DNA of 64,000 nucleotides, from NCBI GenBank assembly GCA_964016885.1, contig OZ024741.1, positions 239,134,001 through 239,198,000 on the forward strand, written 5' to 3'. This DNA comes from Eledone cirrhosa (taxonomy: Eukaryota). Of this stretch, positions 52,952 through 64,000 are shown one piece after another. A program made the position numbers and the translations under genes. Positions within the stretch are counted from its first letter, which is position 1. Each line of letters opens with the position of its first letter. The notes under the pieces are model-generated. The model saw nothing but the letters and a program-made list of their open reading frames with translations, made no database searches and was not told the origin of the DNA.

Positions 52952-53394
52952 CGCAATCTATCAAAGCTATTGTAAAAGAATGAACATTTTAGCCAACAGG
53001 CAACACTATGATGTTAGAAGATAATTGATGAGAAGAAAGACTGATATGTTTTTCCCCCGCCACCTTAACTGCCATTATGAAGATGCCAAGAAAACACTGG
53101 TTATCTCCCATAACTGCTGAAATATTCTAAACTTGGTATAAACAAACAGTTACTTTAAATATTGATTTCTAAATTAAGCACAAGGTCAACAAAATTGATG
53201 GAAGAACAAAGTTGATTAAATCGAACCAGTACTTAACTGGTACATTATTTTATCGAACCTGGAAGGATAAAAGGTAAAGTTGACCTTAGTGGGATTTGAA
53301 CTCAAAATGTAGAGTGCCAGAACAAATAATACAATGGCAGTACTTTAAATATTGAGTGTTGTTTAGTTCCACAACAGCCAACAGTTAATAGATT

Positions 53395-56092
53395 TATGAT
53401 ACAAGCTGTTTCAGCCATGACTACCCAAGTTTATATATCAAGAAGTACATCATATGATACAAGCTGTTTCAGCCATGACTACCCAAGTTTATATATCAAG
53501 AAGTACATCATATGATACAAGCTGTTTCAGCCATGACCACCCAAGTTTATATATCAAGAAGTACATCATATGATACAAGCTGTTTCAGCCATGACCACCT
53601 AAGTTTATATATCAAGAAGTACATCATATGATACAAGCTGTTTCAGCCATGACTACCCAAGTTTATATATCAAGAAGTACATCATATGATACAAGCTGTT
53701 TCAGCCATGACTACCCAAGTTTATATATCAAGAAGTACATCATATGATACAAGCAGTTTCAGCCATGACTACCCAAGTTTATATATCAAGAAGTACATCA
53801 TATGATACAAGCTGTTTCAGCCATGACTACCCAAGTTTATATATCAAGAAGTACATCATATGATACAAGCTGTTTCAGCCATGACTACTCAAGTTTATAT
53901 ATCAAGAAGTACATCATATGATACAAGCTGTTTCAGCTATGACTACCTAAGTTTATATATCAAGAAGTACATCATATGATACAAGCTGTTTCAGCCATGA
54001 CTACTCAAGTTTATATATCAAAAAGTACATCATATGATACAAGCTGTTTCAGCCATGACTACTCAAGTTTATATATCAAGAAGTACATCATATGATACAA
54101 GCTGTTTCAGCCATGACTACCCTAATTTATATATCAAGAAGTACATCATATGATACAAGCTGTTTCAGCCATGACCACCTAAGTTTATATATCAAGAAGT
54201 ACATCATATGATACAAGCTGTTTCAGCCATGACTACCCAAGTTTATATATCAAGAAGTACATCATATGATACAAGCTGTTTCAGCCATGACTACCCAAGT
54301 TTATATATCAAGAAGTACATCATATGATACAAGCTGTTTCAGCCATGACTACCCAAGTTTATATATCAAGAAGTACATCATATGATACAAGCAGTTTCAG
54401 CCATGACTACCCAAGTTTATATATCAAGAAGTACATCATATGATACAAGCTGTTTCAGCCATGACTACCCAAGTTTATATATCAAGAAGTACATCATATG
54501 ATACAAGCTGTTTCAGCCATGACTACTCAAGTTTATATATCAAGAAGTACATCATATGATACAAGCTGTTTCAGCTATGACTACCTAAGTTTATATATCA
54601 AGAAGTACATCATATGATACAAGCTGTTTCAGCCATGACTACTCAAGTTTATATATCAAGAAGTACATCATATGATACAAGCTGTTTCAGCCATGACTAC
54701 TCAAGTTTATATATCAAGAAGTACATCATATGATACAAGCTGTTTCAGCCATGACTACCCTAATTTATATATCAAGAAGTACATCATATGATACAAGCTG
54801 TTTCAGCCATGACCACCCAAGTTTATATATCAAGAAGTACATCATATGATACAAGCTGTTTCAGCCATGACTACCCAAGTTTATATATCAAGAAGTACAT
54901 CATATGATACAAGCTGTTTCAGCCATGACTACCCAAGTTTATATATCAAGAAGTACATCATATGATACAAGCTGTTTCAGCCATGACTACCCAAGTTTAT
55001 ATATCAAGAAGTACATCATATGATACAAGCTGTTTCAGCCATGACTACCCAAGTTTAAATATCAAGAAGTACATCATATGATACAAGCTGTTTCAGCCAT
55101 GACCACCCAAGTTTATATATCAAGAAGTACATCATATGATACAAGCTCTTTCAGCCATGACCACCCAAGTTTATATATCAAGAAGTACATCATATGATAC
55201 AAGCTGTTTCAGCCATGACCACCCAAGTTTATATATCAAGAAGTACATCATATGATACAAGCTGTTTCAGCCATGACTACCCAAGTTTATATATCAAGAA
55301 GTACATCATATGATACAAGCTGTTTCAGCCATGACCACCCAAGTTTATATATCAAGAAGTACATCATATGATACAAGCTGTTTCAGCCATGACTACCCAA
55401 GTTTATATATCAAGAAGTACATCATATGATACAAGCTGTTTCAGCCATGACCACCCAAGTTTATATATCAAGAAGTACATCATATGATACAAGCTGTTTC
55501 AGCCATGACTACCCAAGTTTGTATATCAAGAAGTACATCATATGATACAAGCTGTTTCAGCCATGACTACCCAAGTTTATATATCAAGAAGTACATCATA
55601 TGATACAAGCTGTTTCAGCCATGACTACCCAAGTTTATATATCAAGAAGTACATCATATGATACAAGCTGTTTCAGCCATGACCACCCAAGTTTATATAT
55701 CAAGAAGTACATCATATGATACAAGCTGTTTCAGCCATGACCACCCAAGTTTATATATCAAGAAGTACATCATATGATACAAGCTGTTTCAGCCATGACT
55801 ACCCAAGTTTGTATATCAAGAAGTACATCATATGATACAAGCTGTTTCAGCCATGACTACCCAAGTTTATATATCAAGAAGTACATCATATGATACAAGC
55901 TGTTTCAGCCATGACCACCCAAGTTTATATACCAAGAAGTACATCATATGATACAAGCTGTTTCAGCCATGACTACCCAAGTTTATATATCAAGAAGTAC
56001 ATCATATGATACAAGCTGTTTCAGCCATGACTACCCAAGTTTATATATCAAGAAGTACATCATATGATACAAGCTGTTTCAGCCATGACTAT
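53395..56092. repeat. 58-bp satellite, about 46.5 units
   Basis: Unit tatgatacaagctgtttcagccatgactacccaagtttatatatcaagaagtacatca; highly homogeneous. Confidence 0.98.
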
Positions 56093-56304
56093 CATTTTTC
56101 AGTTTCCTTTCTTTCTTCAGCCCTTTTTCTTCCTGTATTTCTAATAAAATACACTGCACATGTGTATCAATTAATTTTGAATATTTGAAAAATTTAATCA
56201 GATTAGTCATTTCATTAGTAAGCTGATGTTTGAAATATTACTTAACAAAGATTTCTTAATATAATACTATGATGGAAGGTATGAACATTTTAAAATGAAC
56301 AGTT

Positions 56305-56650
56305 TATCATCATTTTATATTCGCTTTTCCCTACTTGCAAGAGTGGGAGGGATCCTCTTCAGCACAACATCTCTCTATTTGTCATGGTCCTTCGGCATCT
56401 CTTCTGTGAGCTTCAGTGATCTGAGGTCAGCTCTCAACATTTCCGCCCATGTTTTCCATGGTCTTCCTCTACTGCGTCTACCTTCTACTGGGATTACTTG
56501 TCACTTCTTCACCCATACCAATGTGGTCTTCTCTCCTGCACACTACAGTTTATTCCTCTTATACACAGTTTCACTCTCAACTTGTTTATGCTTGGTCATT
56601 CACGTACATTGACATTGCACATCCATCAGAGCATGCTTGCTTCATTTCTA
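56305..56650 (-). mobile_element. Decayed RTE 3' end (family of 35661-36620)
   Basis: Collinear similarity to 35685-36050 with an internal deletion. Confidence 0.75.
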
Positions 56651-58077
56651 TTACATTTCTCTTATGATACAGTTGTGTATCATAAAACTAGAGCTGTTTC
56701 AGGCATGTTGGAATCAAAGATGTGAATATGGTAGGGTATGATATGAGGAAGATTCGTTTGATAGGCATAGACTTAGATTTATAGAAGGAACTGTGAATTT
56801 GTAACATTCATTCCTTGATGGCATTGACACTTGACAACAGTTTTTACTTTTACTTTGTTTCCCATTAAAGTTATCAAAACGGTATAGTAGCACACAGGCC
56901 AGAATAGAGAGGAGGTTGGGAAGATAGGCTAGTTGACATGGGCCTATGGATCTGTGTATGAGGGGAGGTTACTTCCCACAAGTTTTAATTCTTTTATTCT
57001 GTAATGTTATTCATAAATATATCATGTACACTACATGTATACACCTGTAACAGATGCATAAAGTATATTTAGTACAAATTACAAAAATACTTAATTGTCC
57101 TGTACCATTAGAAACCATATTTGCAAGACATTCTTGAAAAGTACAAAACAGCACTATGGTTACATCACATAAAAAATTAACGACTTTATATAATAATCTG
57201 TCCACAAGTAAAGATATTATAAACATTTGAATTAACAAAACTGTTTTTAAATATTTTCAGCTAAATCATTACAGCATGTTAAATATTAATGATCAGTTTG
57301 AAATTGGGCCTAAATTTCATATTTGGCCTGGGCCTATTACCAGCTTTGAGGGTCTCAGTTTTATATCTAGCCTTGGCCTAATACCAGCTTTGCACAGGCT
57401 TGGTACTACAAGAAATACTTTTCTCACTTTTTGTGAAATAGATATCTAATCAAGATTTTTTTAAATGAAATTCTACCATTTTAAATATCATGTGAAGATT
57501 ATGTTAGTAACATTCTAAGAGTTGCAGAAAAGTTATTGTGAATGTAATATGGTTGTGTGGTTAAGTTAAGAAGTTCTCTTCCCTATATGGTGTTTCTCAA
57601 TCATACTATGTGGTATCTTGGGGAAAGTATCTTCTACCATAGCCTGGGGTTGATTAAAGGCTCCAGTGAAATTTGGTAGATGGAAACTGTGTGGAAGCCG
57701 ATCAAAGAGACTGTTCCTGTTTCTGAGATGGTAGATTTGATCTGTCATCTGATTTAAAATTGCAGTCTGGTGCTTGGGTGGCTTTAACATAACAGTCCCT
57801 TCTGTTGCAAGCATTTGAACCAATTCACCAGTCTAAATAAATATTCCTTCCTCAGAGGGCATGAACAAGTTCAGTGGACACTCCTTTTTGTACTCTAATT
57901 AGGCCATAAAAAGAAATCATTTACTGTCATTGTTATATCCACTGTTTTCTTTTTGGTGATGTTCCCTTTCCTTTATTTGATGTAAACCCCACTCTGTGTT
58001 GATTTTGTCCTTATATTGTTCCTACTGTCTAGGGCCCTTGTAGCCAATAAAAGAAATTATTGTTATTATAATTATTA

Positions 58078-59175
58078 TAGGGCAGTGGATTGGCAGTATA
58101 TAGTTATGGCCCTTTATGTTCTGCGGCATATAGTTATGGCCCTTTATGTTCTGAGTTCAAATTCCACCAAGGTGAGTTTTGCCTTTCATCCCTACGAAGT
58201 CAATAAAATAAAACACCAGTAACGTACTGGGGTCGATTTAATCAACTTTCCCGTCCCCCAAAATTACTGGCCTTGTGCCTATACTGTCGGTAGAGGGTTG
58301 GACGCCATGCTTTGACGCATAGAGTTACGGCCCTTGCCATTCTGAGTTCAAATCCAGCCGAGGTTAACTTTGCCTTTCATCCTTACGAGGTCGATAAAAT
58401 AAAGTACCAGTAATGCACTGGGTAATTGCTGGCCTTGTGCCAAAAGTAGAAACAATTATTATTATTATTTTGATTGGCTGAATCCTTAGTGCAACAAACA
58501 AAGTACTCTGTAGCATTTATTTACATTCTAAGTTCAAATCACGGTGAAGTCAAATTCCCTTTTCATCCTTCCGGGGTTGATAAAATAAAGTACCAGTTAA
58601 CTGGGTTTAATACAATCGACATTTCCCTTTCCCTAAACTACTGGCCTTGTACCAATGTTAAAAAGAATTATTTCCTTTTTGTTTATTCAGCATTGGTGTT
58701 CTGCTGATATTTGAATTGTTATATATCATGCTATCCCCTGCACACTTAGGTTTCCAGTAATTTTGTTATGGTTATTATTATTAATAGAGGGCAGTGGGTT
58801 GGCAGAGTTGCTGGAGCATCAGACAAATGCTTAGCAGTGTTTGTTCCAGCTCTTTATATTCTGAGTTAAAATTCTCCCAAGGTCGAATTTACCTTTCATC
58901 CTTCTGGAGTTGATAAAATCAACTTTCCACTCCCTCCAAATTGTTGGCCTTATACCTAAGTGGATTGGCAGTATTGGTAGAGAGATGCCATGCATTTCAG
59001 CATAGAGTTACGGCTGTTTATGGTCTGAGTTCAGATCCTGCCGAGGTTAACTTTGCCTTTATGAGGTTAACTCTGCTTTTATGTGGTCGATAAAATAAAA
59101 CACCAGTAATGCACTGGGATAATTGCTGGCCTTGTGCCAAAACTAGAAAACAATTATTATTATTATTATTATTAT
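58078..59175 (+). mobile_element. Cluster of about five SINEs
   Basis: Repeated core gcctttcatcc...gataaaataaagtaccag and (TTA)n tails. Confidence 0.85.
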
Positions 59176-59829
59176 TGCTATTTTAATTGTGTGTCATCAC
59201 TAGATTGCTGAGCATAGTTTTGTGTACATTAGGTATGTGCAATGTAGTTTTTGGTGATGTTGTTTTTATTGTATTGAGAGGACACTTCATATGTGTACAG
59301 TGTCTAGTAGTGCTATTTTCTGTAAGCTTTATATATTTGTATATCCAGGGGATTTGGTTATGTACCTATTATTACAGGGATCATTTCTGTTTTCATCATC
59401 CACATACCTATCTCCATATCTTTAGATAGTTTCTCCATTTCCTATATTGTCATCTGTGAGAATTGATACATCAATTAGAAGACACTTTTTCTTTGTGGTC
59501 TTTGACTTATTATTATTGTTGTTATTGTTATTAATTATTAAAGCATTGGACAAAATACCTTGTGGAATTTAGTCATTCTTCCAGAGTCAACTAAATAAGT
59601 ACCAGTCAAATACTGAAGTTGAGACAATCAACTGTTCCTTTCTCCCTAAATTTCTGGCCTTGTATCTATGTAAGATATCATTATTATATCCCAAAAGTGA
59701 GTGCTCTGCTTTTAACCTGCAAAGGTCCCCTTTAGTGGAAGAGATGACAAGTGTAAACTTGATTTAATTAAACTCGACTTTGAAAAAATAGTGGTTAATG
59801 TATTGAAGAAATATATAAGACAATAGGGA

Positions 59830-60055
59830 GTTCTCTAGGTTGACCATCTCAACTGGTTGTCTGGTGCTGTAGTTACTTGGTTATCTCACCCCCTTAGTTG
59901 ATTGTTCCATACCACAGCTTCTTGGCTATCTAACTATCTAGTTCTCTTATATCATAGCTACTTGGCTGTCAGACCACTCCACCTAGTTGTCCTATACCAT
60001 AGCTACTTGGTTATCTGACTATCTCACCTAGTTCTCTTATACCATAGCAACTTGT
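59830..60055. repeat. Degenerate 45-bp tandem repeat, about 5 units
   Basis: accatagctacttggttatct-like motif at 59951, 59996, 60041. Confidence 0.7.
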
Positions 60056-60139
60056 GACACGTGTTCGATAAAATGTCTGGCTGCTGTTTCTAGCAAACAG
60101 TAGGGTTTTGTAATTTAGTGTAATTTATTTCTTCTTCTT

Positions 60140-60365
60140 CTATGCCCATTTATTCCTGAAAAGGTCATGGGTGAAGAGTCCTCAAACACTCCTTTCAGAG
60201 GGTCTTGTCAGAAGCAACCATCTCCAATTGATCTGGTTGGATCCCCAAGTGAGACAAGCTGGGTTCATGGATGTTATCCAACCATCTTGCTCTACCCCTG
60301 GATCTCCTGCCGGTTTTGTCCATAAAATCTGTCCAGTGATTCTTTCCTGAGACATTCTATCCATA
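60140..60365 (-). mobile_element. RTE 3' end (family of 46945-48900)
   Basis: MSQERITGQIL; matches 46950-47160. Confidence 0.75.
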
Positions 60366-60844
60366 TGCATATTTTTAACTAAGTTTAGCAGTGATGTATT
60401 TTTGAAGGTGTAAATTATGTTGATAAAATTCAACTATTTTTAATTCAGAAAGAAAAGATATTATCAACATTTTGCATAATTTAGAAAACAATTAATTAGA
60501 AGTATTTTAAAAGTAAAATTATTTCATGCGATAAATGTCAATTTGATGAATTTATTAGAAGTTAGGCCATAATATTTTTAGTGTAATAAATTACTTTTCA
60601 AGGTTACATTGGGGGTTTTGTGCGTTATATTAATTGTTGTGCAGTTGGGATTTTAAATTATTCAAATTTTTCAGACTTTTTTTAATGTAGATAAATATTG
60701 TTTATAATGTCCCATTTTGAAAGTTTCCCACTATAGGACTTCAAAATGATTGTAAGCCTCTGTGTGTGTAACAAGAGATTCAATAAGAAGGAAAAAAAGC
60801 ACTCTATATATAAAAACAGACATAATTTATTATGACTCTTATGT

Positions 60845-60883
<39 letters not shown>

Positions 60884-61099
60884 ATGTGTGTATCTTTATG
60901 TCAGAGATCACTAAAATAATTTCATTCATCAATAATACAAAAGTAATTTCAGTTTCAATAAAATTAACTTCATGTGACGTTGTTGTGGGTCTACTTCTCT
61001 AGATACCTTTAATATATGCGAATAGAGGGTGGTCAATTGACAAAATATTAAATCACAACTGATATGTCGAGTTAGAGATTCGTCAACAGTAAGAAAAAT

Positions 61100-61225
61100 G
61101 ATCTGAGTTCAAATCCCACCGAGGTTAACTTTGCCTTTCATCCTTACGGGGTCGATAAAATAAAGTACCAGTAATACACTAGGAGAATTGCTGGCCTTGT
61201 GCCAAAAGTAGAAACAAATTATTTA
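61100..61225 (+). mobile_element. 5'-truncated young SINE
   Basis: B-box, core and tail match 28643-28833. Confidence 0.85.
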
Positions 61226-62129
61226 AATCAGAGAAACAAGGAAAGTTTATTCACATAATGATACAAGGTAGATAACTCTTCACTAAACACAACTTCATTG
61301 GGGTAATTGAAGACAAAGCAAAGAGCGTGAATAGGAAGAAAACACATTGGTGTTGGTGGTGATGATGATGTTGGTGATGAGGATGATGATGATGATGATG
61401 ATGATCACGATGATGATGATGATGATCACGATGATGATAATGACAATAATGATGATTATGATTATGAACAAAGAACACTGTGGGTGGTTTTGTGGTGTTA
61501 TTTGTGATATAATAGCAATAATATAATTAAGTGTGGGCTGATATTCTTAATACAGTGATAAAATAATGTTTAATGAATAAAATTGACAGAAAAAATGTAT
61601 TAGCTATAATGATAAATTCAAGTCAAGAAAGTCAAGGGAGATAACTCTGAAATTCAAATTAACAAATGGATTAGGGTGGATGCTGCTGTGAGGAATGAGT
61701 GTAAATATGATTGGAGATTATGTTCATGACAGAGGAAGAGTAAGAGGTAAATTATCAGGAATTGTATGACAATAATGATTGTAATACTGTTGGAGGTGGT
61801 GATAATGGTGATAATTGAGACAATATAAACTGACCAAGTTAATAACTTTATGTCTTAGATTTCCTGAACAGGAAATGAGCAGGAGGATTTGAGAAAACTA
61901 GTGATTGTTTAAGTCAACAGTCAGTAAATATATTCATAAAGTGATTATCTGTGTCAGTGGCTAGTAAATATATTTACAAAATATTGAACTCTGTGTCAGT
62001 TATTAGTAAATATATTTAAATAATATCATTTTTCAATCATTTTTATTATCAATGTCACATAATGGATAGTTTTCATGGTATAATGGAGGCAATATCTGAA
62101 AGAAAGCTAATATATAAGGCAAATTTAGC

Positions 62130-63090
62130 TCTCAAATAATATTTCACAGAGAAGGTCAGATTGTATGATGCTGTTGTATGAAGTGAAGAGGTTGTATGGT
62201 AGCGAAGCAGTAGCATTTAATGTAGAGGATGTGAGAAGGCTGGAGAGCAATGAAGAAAACATGCTTTTATCAGTGTGTAATATTGGTATGTATGACAGAG
62301 CACAAGGGAGTTCAAAGACAAAACTGAGTGTAAGAGGAATCAGTTGTAGTGTGCAAAAGTGAAAATTGTGCTGATGTGGACACATGATATCTATATGAAG
62401 GAAGAGAGCTGAGTGAAGAAGTAGAAAGAGCCTGTGGAAGAGAAAGATCAAGGAAGAAGTGATGAAATCTGGTTTCAGGATGCTAAACATTACAAAATTT
62501 AGTTCTTGGGCAGATCTCTTTTCCCAAGAACTAAACTTTGTAATGTTTAGCATCCTGAAATTTGAAGGCGGTACTGCTGAACAAATGTGAAAGTTGGAGG
62601 ACAACTAAGAAGATGCAGCAGAAGGTCCAGCCATTCTTCAACACCTGTCTGAGATGAATCTAAACATGAAATGGTCAGAGAAGATCAGAAACAAAGATGC
62701 GTGGGATTGAGTGGGACAGGAACCAGTGGCAAAGCATATTCTGTGGAGGAAGTGGAGCTGGATTGAACATACCCTCAGCATACAGCACCACATGCCAAGT
62801 CCTGACCTGGAACCCACATGGTAAGAGGAAGAGAGGCCAGCCCTGCGGCAGCTGGTGGCATGACACTGAGGCTGAATTAAGAAAACTGGAAGAGCAGCCC
62901 AAGTTTGTGTATGATGGTGGAGGGTTGTCAATATCCTATGCTCCACAGAGAGCAATGGGGCAGAATGATGATGAATGAAACCTTACAAAGGAGATGACAA
63001 ATGACCCCTATGAGTGGTTAGGTGCTGTTCTGAAGAAGATCCATCCCAGTAGAGAAACATGGATGTAAAATAAGGATTACGATGATGATA
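62130..63090 (+). mobile_element. Decayed RTE 3' end with a nested second RTE fragment (~62497-62977)
   Basis: YGSE..A...EDVRRLE in the host; LTWNPHGKRKRGQP in the insert; aaac(a/c)ttacaaa duplicated at 62485 and 62978. Confidence 0.65.
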
Positions 63091-63149
63091 TTTGATTAAG
63101 TCACACTGTCAACATAGTTACTAATTATTTGTTTCTTTGACTCAGTTGC

Positions 63150-64000
63150 AAAACATGCAGCAGAAATTTACAAAAGGTCTATCCCTCAAAATGTAGGGCA
63201 GCTTGTATGATGAATGTGTACGAACAGCAATACTGCATGGAAGTGAGACCTGGGTGCTGTGAGCAGAGGACCTATAAAGATTGGACAGAAATGAAGTTTA
63301 CATGCTCCAATGGATTTGTAATAGTAATATACATGAATGGTGAAGCATCAATGAACTGAGAAAGAAATTGGCCGTCAGAGGGGTCAGATGCAGTGTGCAG
63401 GAGAGATGTGATGCATATGGTGGATGACAGCTAGAGGACATTAGTATGCACCAAATCTTCTCCTCTTCCTCGTCCATACACCTCCTATGTGTTAATATTC
63501 CCCCTTGCCCCCCTCACCAGCTAAGTACCCCACCTTAGACTTACATCTCCAATTCCCATCCTGCATATACACACACTACACCTTACCACAATCCACCAAC
63601 TCCCACATCTCCTGTTTAACCCATGCATACAAGCATGAAAAACTGGACAATGCTGCTGCAATGAAAAAAAGCTCCCAGTCCATCCTGTAAGGTGGTCATG
63701 CTGGAAACACAACAAAAGCCTCTAGTCCACCTTGTAAGGTGGTCATGCTGGTGACACAACAAATAAGCACCCCATCCATCCTGTACAGTGATTATGTTGG
63801 TGAGATTACAAAAAGCACCCAGTCCACCTTGTAAAGTGGTCATGCTGGTAACATGATAAATTACCCAGTCCAGCAGTCATTTTAATGCTGTTAATGTGGT
63901 TGGTATTAGGAAGGACATCCAGCTGTAAACACATAACCAGAAATAGTTCTCTATGAGTAAGATACTGTAATCTGATCTGTTTTGTCTCACAACAGGACAA
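63150..64000 (+). mobile_element. Decayed RTE 3' end with expanded 3' UTR repeat
   Basis: LHGSETW coding remnant; about five ~50-bp aaaagcacccagtccac..tgtaaagtggtc units; runs off the window. Confidence 0.7.

Noticed and set aside
53395-56092. CRISPR-like regular array
   Set aside because: No unique spacers, no cas genes, eukaryotic context; it is a plain tandem satellite. The same applies to 12462-14990 and 18055-19062.

Overview
Eukaryotic, AT-rich, repeat-dense genomic DNA, almost certainly from an octopod cephalopod (inferred from the protocadherin type and the SINE/RTE repeat set). One host gene is supported: a minus-strand protocadherin. A large exon (41352-38940) encodes the signal peptide, six cadherin repeats, the TM helix and the start of the tail. 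I found two phase-compatible cytoplasmic exons not in the ORF track (12299-12146 and 11741-11623) beyond a ~26.6 kb intron, predicting about 880 aa. There is a likely non-coding first exon near 44.1 kb and a similar module near 10.1 kb that may belong to the next gene. The rest is retroelement debris (R4/Dong, RTE, CR1-like, CRE-like, LTR and Penelope-like pieces, many SINEs), two large satellites (32 bp and 58 bp) and microsatellites. The most notable observations are: two identical type I hammerhead ribozymes in the intron, sense to the pre-mRNA; an inversion apparently made by double priming of the same Penelope-like element; an A-to-G hypermutated SINE copy; a 613-bp head-to-tail element in (TA)n; and a ~180-bp loopless palindrome. 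All calls were made by eye; no searches were run.
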